This document shows positions 28,737 through 39,569 of a stretch of 64,000 nt of DNA, piece after piece. The position numbers and the translations under genes were made by a program. Under the pieces are notes generated by a model. That model made no database searches and was not told where the DNA came from. It saw nothing but the letters and a program-made list of their open reading frames with translations. The stretch is from a virus. How positions within the stretch are numbered: the first letter of the stretch is position 1; the number at the start of each line of letters is the position of its first letter. The DNA lies in IMG/VR virus record IMGVR_UViG_3300025840_000013. One strand, written 5' to 3'.

Positions 28737-28905
28737 AGGAAGTAAACAACGTCCACGTTCTGTAAATCAAAAAACATTTGATGATAATTGGGACAAAATC
28801 TTTAATTCTAAAAAGTCAAGGAAAGATTCATTAGATGTCTATAACGATGCCCGATTGAGTACAGTGACTGAGAAACCAGTAGATTCTAAGGAAGAGACTA
28901 AGTGA
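28729..28905 (+). CDS. Small phage protein (MSKGSKQRP...DDNWDKIF), not in ORF track
   Basis: GAGG RBS, open frame. Confidence 0.55.
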   Translation: MSKGSKQRPRSVNQKTFDDNWDKIFNSKKSRKDSLDVYNDARLSTVTEKPVDSKEETK

Positions 28906-29144
28906 AATTTCTAAAAGAGATTACAGAGTGGGAATATCCTAATCATATCTATGCTTTTGAGAATGGACAATGTGTAGGATATATTAAACAAGGTACAAAA
29001 GAATTACTGAGATTTAATAAACCCTCTAAGCAGTTTAGTAAATCACGAAGAAAGTTCGTAGAAGTTACAATTTAACACAACTATAATCAAACTAAAATAA
29101 GAGTAATTTCGTAGTATGCTCTATATTTCACAAGGAGAAATGCT

Positions 29145-29345
29145 ATGAAAAAACTATACCTATTTTTACCACTCATAATGGTATCATGTACAACCTCATC
29201 AGAATCTAATAGAGAATTACCAGAGTTTGACTGGATGCCGAGTTCATTACAATGGGAACATAATATAAGAAATTGTAGGAGTCAGCCACAGTGCAATCCT
29301 GCAGATTTATTTAATCGAACTGGATATATTAACACAATAGGATAA
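29145..29345 (+). CDS. Small lipoprotein
   Basis: AGGAG RBS; lipobox-like MVSC. Confidence 0.55.
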   Translation: MKKLYLFLPLIMVSCTTSSESNRELPEFDWMPSSLQWEHNIRNCRSQPQCNPADLFNRTGYINTIG

Positions 29346-29887
29346 GGAGATGTATCGAATCATTACAAAGACAGAATTACTGAGTTTTCTGATAGTCGTT
29401 TTTAGTCTTTCATGGACATATATGCAGTTAATCTGAAAGAGTTATAAATAGAATTCAGAGGGAAAAAGCCATGGAAAAATTGTCAACGTTTTTAGAATAC
29501 TGCAGTAGAGAAGAATGTTTAGCATTTGGAATCCTTTTAGGACTGGTATCACACTGTTTGATTATGAATTGCCTTCCAAGAATCTTCGGATTATACTAGA
29601 AAAGTACTTCCAAAATCCCACGGTTTCCCACAAAGACCCACAAAAAACCATTGAATCTGTTGCAGAAACCATAGAAATATGAAGGCTACAAAGATTTACC
29701 CCCTTGGTCTAAATCTGCAGAGCAAATTTCTGCTCGCTGCTGAGGGTTTCGAAACAAATCATAGAGAAAATCGATGATATCTGTAAGAATTATCGAAAAA
29801 ATTCATGAAAAAAACTTCAGAAAATGCTTGACATAGTACTCTGGCTATGCGAAAATATGCATATTGTTTGGTTAGAGAATTCTCTGT

Positions 29888-30283
29888 ATGGCACTGATTG
29901 TATTAGGACGTATTAAAGACTCTGAAAAAGTATACCAATATGTAAAAGATCTAGAAAAAGATCTAGGTATTTCCCGATATTATTCCCGCCTTATTCAAAT
30001 CCGTTTTCGAAAAGATTTAGATGATTGTCTTGGACTCTGTTGGGGTACTGAGAAAGTTGTCTATATCGACATCTGGAAGTCTGGGGATATGAACCAGATG
30101 ATGCAGACACTCGCCCATGAAATGGTACATGCGAAACAATTTATCAAAAAGGAATTAGTTGACGGATATATGTACAAAGGCCGCAATTATTCTGCCTGTG
30201 ACTACGAGACACAGCCTTGGGAGATATCTGCATATGCTCAAGAAGAAAAGTTATTTCGAAAGAACTGGAAAAAAAGTTCTTAA
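29888..30283 (+). CDS. HExxH metallopeptidase-like protein (paralog A)
   Basis: TLAHEMVHAKQ...QPWEISAY. Confidence 0.7.
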   Translation: MALIVLGRIKDSEKVYQYVKDLEKDLGISRYYSRLIQIRFRKDLDDCLGLCWGTEKVVYIDIWKSGDMNQMMQTLAHEMVHAKQFIKKELVDGYMYKGRNYSACDYETQPWEISAYAQEEKLFRKNWKKSS

Positions 30284-30350
30284 AACTCTCTTTTCTTATT
30301 CCAAAACAATCTAAAAAAAGTTTAAAAAACTTCATATAAATCCCCTTACA

Positions 30351-30432
30351 AATCAATGACTTACGACTCCAAAAAAACCCTTTACAAATCAAGTACTTGG
30401 CGCTTTACATTTGCCCTCATACATGCGATAAT
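30351..30432 (+). promoter_or_regulatory. Early promoter (TTTACA-N17-GATAAT, TG extension) with two upstream WATCAANNNNTTR sites
   Basis: AATCAATGACTTA 30351-63, AATCAAGTACTTG 30387-99; -35 at 30404, -10 at 30427. Confidence 0.65.
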
Positions 30433-30445
30433 ATGTTTTTAATGA

Positions 30446-31012
30446 ATGGGAAAAGTGAGAGATTTGGAACGCATTGACATGAAGAAGAAATTTGCATTAG
30501 GATACTTTGATACTAAAGCAAATGATGATACTTGGGTTCGTTTAGGTTCTTTCTCCAAGCTACAAGTTTGGGTTGATAACTCGATGCAACATCCTGAAGG
30601 CTATCTTGAGGTTATAGTGGTAGATACCAGCGTGGTTCATGGAAGAAGTCCTCAACGAGTTAAAATCGTCCTTGAGATCAACCTATCAACAGAATGCTTC
30701 AAAGATGCTTTCCATATCAACATGACTCGGCTTGATCATCGTTATGGTGGTCGTGGTATTGCTGCTAAAGCTTACCGTTATATCATTAAGAAAATGGGAA
30801 TTACTTTACAAGCTGGCACGGCTCAGTCGAAAGGCGGCCGAAAGATTTGGTTTGATCTTGCTCAATCTAATGATCTTGAAGTATATACTAGGTCAAAACG
30901 TGGTATGCCTTTTGTCGTTGGTATTGACGAAGAGAAACGTGAAATATGGCATCCTACTAAAGAAATATACGATGGAATGAAGGAGATGTTTGTCTTCGCA
31001 CGAGCTGCATAG
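30446..31012 (+). CDS. GNAT-like acetyltransferase-fold protein
   Basis: LDHRYGGRGIAAKAY (motif A-like), QSKGGRKIW. Confidence 0.55.
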   Translation: MGKVRDLERIDMKKKFALGYFDTKANDDTWVRLGSFSKLQVWVDNSMQHPEGYLEVIVVDTSVVHGRSPQRVKIVLEINLSTECFKDAFHINMTRLDHRYGGRGIAAKAYRYIIKKMGITLQAGTAQSKGGRKIWFDLAQSNDLEVYTRSKRGMPFVVGIDEEKREIWHPTKEIYDGMKEMFVFARAA

Positions 31013-31429
31013 ATGAAAAACGGGAATATAATGTATTCCAGTATTTCGCTTGTTTTATTCCAAAAAGTACTCTATAATATGTTTTTAAAATGAAGAAAAG
31101 AGAGAAAAAATGACTGACCATATTACTGACTTTGAAACCTACTCTGAGTATGTTGCTGATCGTGCGGCCAAAAGACATGGGGTTGTTTCTGAGTTTTTGT
31201 TTGACGCATTGAAGAATGCAGAAATATGGGATGTAGTGACAGAAGTGACTAATCCTGAGATTAAGCTTGACCCTAGTAAACCCGCTTACATTGTGAGGAT
31301 TGTATAAAAAAACTTAAAAAAAACTTAAAATAATTTAAAAAAGTGCTTGACTTCTTCTTGACAAGCTGTTATATTAACTATGCTGATGATGATTCAGATA
31401 AATTTAAATGTTCTTAGAAAGGTAAATGT

Positions 31430-31753
31430 ATGACTCATGAAATATGGATAGATGCTGAAGCTATGAAAGGTGTTCCTGATAGTTTCTCTGATGTTTTCTC
31501 TGAGAGAATTGATGAGATCTTAGGGCCAATGAATGTAAAGTCTTGTCCTTGTGATACTTGTCCTCTAGCTGCCACATGTATGGTAAATGAGACTGAGTGT
31601 TCAGCCTTTCGTAACTGGTGTTCAACTGGAGACTATTGGGATACTGATGGTTGGGATATGAAAACCGTTGTAGACAAGAAGACAAAAAAGAAGTCTTCTG
31701 AGAAATACTGGAGAGTTTCTGATGTTGGACGCTTAGTGAGAACTATGGGTTAA
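31430..31753 (+). CDS. Cys-rich hypothetical protein
   Basis: CPCDTCPLAATC...EC; promoter TTGACT(31347)-N17-TATATT. Confidence 0.6.
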   Translation: MTHEIWIDAEAMKGVPDSFSDVFSERIDEILGPMNVKSCPCDTCPLAATCMVNETECSAFRNWCSTGDYWDTDGWDMKTVVDKKTKKKSSEKYWRVSDVGRLVRTMG

Positions 31754-31767
31754 TAGGAGAGTTAGAT

Positions 31768-32007
31768 ATGAATACTGTCTTTGATATGCAGAGACAATCC
31801 ATTCTGTCAGAAGCCTTTGATGAATTGACAAATGGTATGGAGAATTGGAAAGATCCTATAGAGAATGTTAGAATATTCTCAAAGGATTTCGACATCATGA
31901 ATGAAGCCTGTATTCATTTTACAGGTAGTGAATTGAGAATAATGAGTAGTGAAGATGAGTATGTGACTGTGAGTGCTGATGGCTATTACTTGACCATTGG
32001 TGCATGA
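31768..32007 (+). CDS. Phage hypothetical protein (NWKDPI...ADGYY)
   Basis: AGGAG RBS. Confidence 0.6.
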   Translation: MNTVFDMQRQSILSEAFDELTNGMENWKDPIENVRIFSKDFDIMNEACIHFTGSELRIMSSEDEYVTVSADGYYLTIGA

Positions 32008-32067
32008 TATTTTACCTAAGTAGTATTAGGAACTGACTGAAATATCTCCTTAGATAATGGTAACTTG

Positions 32068-32106
32068 CCCTTAGAGAGTCTGCAAGGATTCTCTAAGGGT
32101 TTTTTT
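32068..32106 (+). terminator. Rho-independent terminator
   Basis: CCCTTAGAGAGTCT-GCAA-GGATTCTCTAAGGG followed by T7. Confidence 0.8.
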
Positions 32107-32646
32107 ATTTGTCATCTTTCGAAAATACTTAGAGTGTAACTTTAAATTTATGGGACTCCTAGAAAATCTTGCGGGAATGATATAGTCACCCGACACGCCT
32201 CTAAAAAGTCTGCAAGTTTTCTAAAAGGTGTTTTTCAAAAATTTTTTTTGAGGGCAAAATATCTAAATACCTTTATGGAGAAAAAAGAAGCATATCGCCT
32301 GTTCTGGTTAGTCAAGGGGCATCTTAACGCCCCTCATAATACTATCATGGATTCTGCAGATGGATATTTTAAGAGAGTCTGGTATGATTATGCAGGAGAA
32401 GACATGGAGATATGGTTAGAGGGATTTGAAGATGCTTGGAGAAAGGTACAAGATTAATGTGGACATTAGTGTTTATAATCTTAATGGAAAACGAAGTAGT
32501 CGCAACAAACGTAGGGACATACAATACAATGTATGAATGTTTTGCAAACAGAGAACAACTCGCAATTACAGCTGGTGGAGAAAAAGGATACTATCCTTTA
32601 GACATGCAGGGTATCTGTATTCAGAGAGAAGGAAAAGAATAATTCG

Positions 32647-32949
32647 ATGTCTGAACTCACAGCGTTCCTAATACTTTTTGTTCCCATAGTTTGGTGGGTT
32701 TGGTGGATGAATAAAGATAAACCTAAAGTTAAACTGGATTTTGGCCCAGAAAAACCTGATAAAATGATTAGTTGGGATGGAGCCTTTTACATACTCTGGA
32801 ATTGGAAAAGTTATCTTGCAAAAACTGTATGGTTAGGCGCAATTCCATTTCTTTGGTATTCGGAGGGTTTTGGTTCAGCATTTGTATGGTCATTCTTTGG
32901 AGGTCTTTTAATAGTTCTTGGAAAATTTTGGGAGTTGTTTGAGAGATGA
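32647..32949 (+). CDS. Trp-rich membrane protein
   Basis: three hydrophobic segments. Confidence 0.55.
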   Translation: MSELTAFLILFVPIVWWVWWMNKDKPKVKLDFGPEKPDKMISWDGAFYILWNWKSYLAKTVWLGAIPFLWYSEGFGSAFVWSFFGGLLIVLGKFWELFER

Positions 32950-33542
32950 GAATTGTTTACATTCACGGTGCAACTGCAACTGAAAGAACCTTTGCGTTTA
33001 TTCAAAAGAACATTAATGCAAAGAATCCAATATACCTTAACTACAATTCCAAGGATGCAACTGCAAAAGAGAACCTAGACTTTCTAAAGGAAACGTTGAG
33101 AGAACAAATGCGTCCTAATGACAAGTTATTTTATATTATGCATTCTCTAGGAGGCATCTACGGAATTTATTTACAGGAAGAATTTGCATACAACTCTTCG
33201 TTTGCGGTTTCGCTTGCAACTCCTTTCAATGGTTCAGAAGTTGCAAACTGGGGAAGATGGATCGCACCACAATATCAATTGTTTGCAGATATCGTTCCTA
33301 ACAGTCGATTTATCACAGAGTCACGAAAGATTAAGATTGTAATTCCATGGAAACAGGTGATTACAACAACTGGAGATGTTCCTTTAATAGCAGGAAAGAA
33401 TGATGGCGTAGTCACAATGGAATCAATGATGAGTCGAGATGATGTTGACTATTATGCAATTGACCGTAATCACTATGAGATTGTTCAGTCTAAAAGAACT
33501 GTCAGTTTGATTTCGGATTGTTTAAAGGGAATTCGAAAGTGA
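32946..33542 (+). CDS. Alpha/beta hydrolase (esterase/lipase-like)
   Basis: YIHG, MHSLGG, LATPFNGS, NDGVV, NH catalytic pattern. Confidence 0.85.
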   Translation: MRIVYIHGATATERTFAFIQKNINAKNPIYLNYNSKDATAKENLDFLKETLREQMRPNDKLFYIMHSLGGIYGIYLQEEFAYNSSFAVSLATPFNGSEVANWGRWIAPQYQLFADIVPNSRFITESRKIKIVIPWKQVITTTGDVPLIAGKNDGVVTMESMMSRDDVDYYAIDRNHYEIVQSKRTVSLISDCLKGIRK

Positions 33543-33713
33543 TGGTGGAAGTTTCATCTCAAATTTCTCAATTTTTTCTTTGAGTTCTTTCTCTTGTTTC
33601 TTTGCGAGATAGAGTGCCATTTCTAGTGAATTGATTTTATCATGAGCACTATTCAAAGATTCTTCTAAGACTCGCATTCTTTCCAGTGTTCTATTTGGGG
33701 TTCCTTCAGACAT
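33522..33713 (-). CDS. Small coiled-coil protein, lone antisense gene in the early region
   Basis: AGGAG RBS on minus strand, heptad pattern. Confidence 0.55.
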   Translation of the reverse strand: MSEGTPNRTLERMRVLEESLNSAHDKINSLEMALYLAKKQEKELKEKIEKFEMKLPPSLSNSL

Positions 33714-33810
33714 TTTCTATTGACTCCTGAGTTATTCTATAGTAATATGTATAAATAGAAACGAGTCAAAAAATTGGTCAAATCGGTCTGGTCAAAGTCT
33801 TTAATATAAT

Positions 33811-34080
33811 ATGAAAGGAAATGTGAAAATGGGATGGTGGAATAAACTAGCTCAAGAACAACAGAGTGAATGTAAGTATGATGAACGTCATGGAGGCCCT
33901 TACGATAGAGGAAGTGCGGATAGTTATTATCGAAGAGGGTTTCAGCCTCATTACTTTGTAGGAGCTACTTATCAATCGAATGCTGTAACGATTGAGAATA
34001 TGACGCCCGAAGAAATCATGGCCTACAAAGCAGGATATGACGATAACGAAGAAGACGGAAACTTCAAAGATTGGGGTTAA
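33811..34080 (+). CDS. Phage hypothetical protein (HGGPYDRGSADSYY)
   Basis: ORF track. Confidence 0.6.
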   Translation: MKGNVKMGWWNKLAQEQQSECKYDERHGGPYDRGSADSYYRRGFQPHYFVGATYQSNAVTIENMTPEEIMAYKAGYDDNEEDGNFKDWG

Positions 34081-34085
34081 AGTGC

Positions 34086-34114
34086 TTGACAAACTTCTAA
34101 TTAGATCGTATAAT
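34086..34114 (+). promoter_or_regulatory. Consensus sigma70 promoter TTGACA-N17-TATAAT
   Basis: perfect match. Confidence 0.85.
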
Positions 34115-34146
34115 GTATGTAACAGTTAGGCAAAAGGACACAGTAC

Positions 34147-34425
34147 ATGGCATATTACACCTACACCAAAGATCCAATAGGTTGCTTCGTAGAGAAGGAA
34201 GTGGGTAATTACTTTGAATATTCACTCAACGATGATCCGTTCAACTTCTGCGAAGACTTTCCGCACAAGGTTTGGGTAGGTGGCAAAGACGTATGCGGTA
34301 TGACTGGTTATCGTTATGCAATAGTCAAGAAGACTGTAGCCTACATCTGCGTAGACGAAGATGAATACGGACTGCCTGTGCTGGAAAAATGGCAACTCAA
34401 AAAGAATACAGAGTATGCAATATAG
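34147..34425 (+). CDS. Early hypothetical protein
   Basis: AAGGA RBS. Confidence 0.6.
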   Translation: MAYYTYTKDPIGCFVEKEVGNYFEYSLNDDPFNFCEDFPHKVWVGGKDVCGMTGYRYAIVKKTVAYICVDEDEYGLPVLEKWQLKKNTEYAI

Positions 34426-35773
34426 TGAAATAACGAAAGGATTAAATTATGATTCGCTTTATGATTGGAATGTTGTTAGTTTTTGGTTCTGTTGGTGGAC
34501 TTGAACAGGATACTGCGACCTTTACGGAAGCAATTCTCGGTTCACTTCTTGGATTGACTCTAATGTTTTGGGCACTTCCCAAACTTAATGCTCTTGCGGA
34601 TGAAGAATACTAGATTATATCGAAATCTTAAAGGAGACAAAAAATGTCAATAGAAGCTTGGTTGTTAATCACTGCATTCATTTTTACTGTGTTTGGTTTC
34701 ATTTGGGGCCGTGGAAACAAAGAAGAAAGTGATGTTGCAGCAATCGAAAACACTTTAGATCAACTCATCGACAAAGGATACTTGCGTTTTCGTAAAGACG
34801 ATGAGGACAATATAGAACTCTTGAAATGGAATCATTTTGGAGATTAGTGTTTAGGAAAGGAACTAAATATGGATATAGTATATGGAGTCCAAATCGAAAT
34901 CGATGAGGGCGAATATGAATATGTTAGAGAAGGGAATGGTTGGAAGTCAGACTCTCCCTTTCTAACATTTAACACTAAAGAAGATGCTCTTATTGAAGCT
35001 AAAAAGTGGAATACTGGAGTCGTTGTAAATTTATCGAAACTTTCATCATGGAAAAGTTAGAAAAAAGTTTATTTCATAATAAAAGAACTATTGTGAAATA
35101 TAGAGAAGCATTTCAACAAGGCGCACTAGCATGCCGTGAAGGCCTTGGATTTGAAAATTGCCCTTGGGTGGATGATGATTTTCGAAAACAGGCATGGAGA
35201 GATGGTTGGGAATCTGCAATGACTTGGGTTCTGGAGAAGGCATATTCTTAAAAAATAATAAATAAAATGGAGAATATTATGCATGAAGTACAACTAGATT
35301 TGTTTAGTGACCCACCTCTACCTTATAGACGGAATGAAAATAAAGAACGTGTAGAACATCTTGAATGGATACTGACACAGATTGGTTTAAAGGTAAAGGC
35401 ATATCAAGAAACTAAAGAAGATTTTGTTTTAGAAGGAATTCCTTCCTTCATAAATGATTACTTTAGTAAATATAATTAAAAAGGATAATATATGTACCTA
35501 GAATGGTGGATGATAATCACCATCGGGTTATTCTTTGTAATTGCAATCAGCAGAACTTGGAAAAAGGCACACTATGAAGGTTTCTGTATGGGCGCAACTG
35601 TCTTATTAAACACAGTGGAAAAAGTAATTCCAGAAGATTCAGTCGAGTTTCATAAAATAGTTAAAGAATTGACAAAAAAACCTGATAAAAAAATAAAAAA
35701 TATTTAAATTAGAGCTTGACATTTGTATGTAGAGTACTTATATTAATAGTATAGGGAACAGTTAGAGGTTGTT

Positions 35774-36226
35774 ATGGTAGATTTTGAAGAACTCTATGTC
35801 AAAGGTTCCACTAAAAATAAAAGAAAACTGGCAGAGTTAGCGGTAACTTTTGCTAAAAGTATTTTATTTCCTCGCCACAGAAACGTTGTTGTCGAAGTTG
35901 AACTCATTCCAGACTTAAATGGTAAAGAAGGTATCTGGGGCGATTGTATTGACGATGAGGATCGTTGGTATATTGTCCGTGTTGATTCCAAATTATCTGC
36001 AAAAGACTTTGTTGAAACAATTTTACATGAGATGGTTCATGTAAAACAGTATGTTCGTAAAGAATTAGTACAACATTCAGTCAAGCATCAGTTGTGGAAG
36101 GGTGGCCAAATCCCCTCAGAAACTAAATATGAAGAACGTCCATGGGAAATTGAAGCGTTTTCATTAGAAAAAGACTTATCTGAATCATTTATCACTACTC
36201 ACGGATGGAAATTCTTAGGAGTTTAA
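35774..36226 (+). CDS. HExxH metallopeptidase-like protein (paralog B)
   Basis: TILHEMVHVKQ...RPWEIEAF; promoter TTGACA(35716)-N17-TATATT. Confidence 0.7.
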   Translation: MVDFEELYVKGSTKNKRKLAELAVTFAKSILFPRHRNVVVEVELIPDLNGKEGIWGDCIDDEDRWYIVRVDSKLSAKDFVETILHEMVHVKQYVRKELVQHSVKHQLWKGGQIPSETKYEERPWEIEAFSLEKDLSESFITTHGWKFLGV

Positions 36227-36852
36227 CCGAATGCATTTGGCTGAACAACAATGCCAGCAGGAAGAAGTGTTTGAAGAGATTGTAATTCAGGCCGTACAGG
36301 AGTCTGAAAGTTTGGAACAGGTAAAAAATGAGTGTTTGAAATCAAAAAAACTCGTTGAGCACTGGAGTCAAGAAGAAATTGATGAATTTATCGCAGACCT
36401 TTGGAGTGAATACTGGACAAAATACCTAACAGACTACTAAAAAATGTAAAATATTCTTGACTTTATCATAATATTACTGTATTATGTAAAGTATAGTGAA
36501 CAAAAGAGGTGAAAGACATGTCGAAGATGGGTAATTATGTTGTTGGTTTGATGGAAGATGGACTTTGGGAAGAGCCAGATTATCCAGAACCCGACATCGA
36601 AGCGTATTATGAAGAATATTATACAGAAAAACTTAGTGCCTTCAAATCTGCACTAAAACAGGCTATGATGATTTACGATTGTAGCTGGATTCCCGCCCTC
36701 AGAACCATGTACCAAGTCGAAAAAAAGGATGTAGAACCGTTTGATATTCAATCGGATGCATATTGTTATAGAAAATTAGAGAGTTATCTCTACGAATGGG
36801 AATTGGGCAAGGAAAAAATTGACGAAATATGTAAAAAATTCTTCTTTAGGGC

Positions 36853-36892
36853 TTGACATTCGCCCTAAAAAGTATTATATTATATATGTAAG
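36853..36892 (+). promoter_or_regulatory. Early promoter cassette copy 4 (TTGACA-N17-TATATT ATATATGTAAG)
   Basis: shares TTATATTATATATGTAAG with the 17905 and 18364 copies. Confidence 0.8.
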
Positions 36893-36922
36893 ATGATGAA
36901 ATAACTGATGAGGTTCTAAATT

Positions 36923-37351
36923 ATGGCATATGTTTCCCAAGAAATGAAAAAATCACTCGCTCCTGCGATCAAATCTGTACTTAAGAAGTACGGATTCAAG
37001 GGAACGATTGGTGTTCACAATCATTCTTCTTTGGTAGTAAACATTAAGAGTGGTGTTCTTGATCTAATTGGTATCGCCAATGCAAAAAACAAAGAGATAT
37101 CAGAACGCAGGAACATGCCCTACTACGCCAACGAAGGTTACTTCCAAGCAAATCCCTACCACCCAGATCAGTACGGCGAAGCTTCTCAATTCTTTGAGGA
37201 GTTGGTTGCCGCTATGAAAGGTGCTTTCTCTAAAGATGGCCCTAAGTGGTATGACAATAGTGATGCGATGATTGATTATTTCGATACTGCGTATTACTTG
37301 GACATCAATGTAGGTAAGTGGGACAAACCTTACGAATTCACAGGAGTGTAA
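36923..37351 (+). CDS. Phage hypothetical protein (MAYVSQE...DYFDTAYY..INVGKWDKPY)
   Basis: GAGG RBS, ORF. Confidence 0.65.
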   Translation: MAYVSQEMKKSLAPAIKSVLKKYGFKGTIGVHNHSSLVVNIKSGVLDLIGIANAKNKEISERRNMPYYANEGYFQANPYHPDQYGEASQFFEELVAAMKGAFSKDGPKWYDNSDAMIDYFDTAYYLDINVGKWDKPYEFTGV

Positions 37352-37354
37352 TTC

Positions 37355-37603
37355 ATGGCTGTTCGTTCAAAAAAATACAATGAAAAAATTCATATCGATT
37401 TGGACGGGCCCCAAGGGAACGCATTTGTTCTTTTTGGAATCGCTGAAAAACTTGCCTCTATATGTGGTGTAGATTCGGAGTCCATCATACAAGATATGAA
37501 ATCTGGAGATTATCTCAATCTCCTTAAAGTGTTTGAAGAGAATTTTGGACACATCGTAGTTTTGGAAACTAGTAATCAGGAGTACTTAGATGTTTTTTGT
37601 TGA
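37355..37603 (+). CDS. Phage hypothetical protein (IDLDGPQGNAF)
   Basis: ORF track. Confidence 0.6.
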   Translation: MAVRSKKYNEKIHIDLDGPQGNAFVLFGIAEKLASICGVDSESIIQDMKSGDYLNLLKVFEENFGHIVVLETSNQEYLDVFC

Positions 37604-39182
37604 AGTGAAAGAAAGATTCAGTGAAGAAAAATTCCGTTGGGAAGCTCTAACGGAAGAACAGGCATTAGATGTTGTTGCAAAACTTAAGTCTGATGGTAAA
37701 TATTGGTCACTTGAAATTGGAGAAATGTAGAATGTTACTTTACATTTTTGGTTTTTTCGACTAAGTATTATAGTTAAGGAGTTCTAAATGTCGAAAATAC
37801 AAGAAAAAATAAAAACTCTTATGGATACTGTACAAGAGAGTTTAGAAAGTCAGCGACATATTGAGTCGCCAGAAGAGTTTATGATTGAACTGGATAAAGT
37901 TGGACTTTACTTCAGTCACATGAATGATGAAGATCGTGATTACTATCAAGCGGCACAAATCGCTTTTGAAGAACAAAGGAAGTGGACTATTTAAAATGAA
38001 ACTTGCAAATTTTGAAATGATTGAAAAGGATTACATGCCTGGCGGTTTTCAGTCATTATTATCCTTTGGTGAGCATCATCAATTGAGTGTTATTAGTGGT
38101 GAAGGTGCATATGGTTCGAAAAATGCTCCCTATGAGATCGCCGTATTCATCAATGGAGAATTTGCAAATTTGCCTGGCATTATTGAAGATGATATTAAGG
38201 GATACTTGACAGAAGATGAAGTTGATACGATCATAAAAAAACTTCATACTATTACAAAAGAAATCCCTGTTCAAGCCAATTTGATGGAGAGTTACAATGT
38301 CACAAATATCTGAAGTAAAAAATAATATAGGTAAACTTTATTCTGTTGGGTTAGATTATGATTCTGCCAAGAAACAGTTTTTTGAGTCTGCGTATGAAAA
38401 GTTTTCTAAAGAAAAGTTGGAAACAATTTTTGATGAAGAGTGGAATAGATACGAACACATGTATTTTGCCAATTTAAATTTCTTCAAGAAAGGAATTTAG
38501 ATGGACTTGGATGAGTATGAGGAAGATATTAGATTAAATGCAGTAAGTTATAGTATTATAGCATTTAAACCTCAAACCTCAACAAAACAAGTCGGGGAAA
38601 CAAAAACTTTTGAAGATGCCATAAAAATGGCATATGAAATTCATAAAGAAAATAGTTTCCGCAGTGTATTGATTTATGCAGTTAATGAGACTGGACGATT
38701 TGTTTTAAATGCCTTCGTTAGAAGTGATGATATGAAACTCAAAATAATTGGGAGTAGAAAATGAGTAATCAGCGAAGAGGAAACTGGAAACCAGCTGCAA
38801 TGAATGATAGTAGTAGAATAGATGCAATGTCTTTGACTACTTTCTGTAAACATGCAAAAGTTATTTTAGAGGAACGTGGAGAAGAAGATGCTGCATTCTA
38901 CTTTGGACAAGTAGAAGATTGGTTGCGTGATGGGGGAAGAATTCAAACTGGACACAATGATGTTGCCAGAATTCTTGGTGTGTAATGAAATATTTTCCAA
39001 CTGATGTTTCGGATGTTCGTATTGACGATGATGAGGCAAAAATGTTCGGCATCTCTGATAGAGAACTTATTAAACATCTTTTTAAAAAGGTTGTTCTATT
39101 AGAAGAAACAGTTTATGAACTTGAGCATCAACTTAGAATTCATGAAGAATGGATAAAGTTAAGGGAAAAAAATTAAAATATA

Positions 39183-39211
39183 TTGACAATATGTTTCATA
39201 TATGGTACATT
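39183..39211 (+). promoter_or_regulatory. sigma70 promoter for the tRNA cluster (TTGACA-N17-TACATT)
   Basis: motif 36 nt upstream of tRNA-Arg. Confidence 0.65.
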
Positions 39212-39246
39212 AATACTTGTATGACTATTTTATGAAACATAGAAAT

Positions 39247-39323
39247 CTGCCCTTAGCTCAGCTGGATAGAGCAACAGCCTTCTAAGCTGTGGGTCGTAGG
39301 TTCGAATCCTACAGGGCAGGCCA
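39247..39323 (+). tRNA. tRNA-Arg(UCU)
   Basis: cloverleaf, anticodon loop CT-TCT-AA, GTTCGAATCC, encoded CCA. Confidence 0.95.
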
Positions 39324-39569
39324 ATTAATATCGGGCGAGTCGGACGCTCGATTTTGTCGAGTGAGTAAAAACACGGTTAAGCCTGAAAACGACACTAAAT
39401 AGAAGACTCAGGTGGGAAGTTGGAAATCCCTCACAAGAAACCAACATGATTAAACAGGGGCGGACAGTAGGAAGAGGCGACTAATGTATAAGAAAATAAA
39501 GCGGCCTGCAACCCCTCAAACTGCTAAGGTTACGAACACCTACTGTCCTTTTTATTCGGAGTTACTATA

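Noticed and set aside
39331-39450. Possible RNase P RNA or preQ1 riboswitch
   Set aside because: Lacks the GAGGAAAGUCC core and length of RNase P RNA; the pseudoknot loop does not match the preQ1 consensus; kept only as unassigned structure
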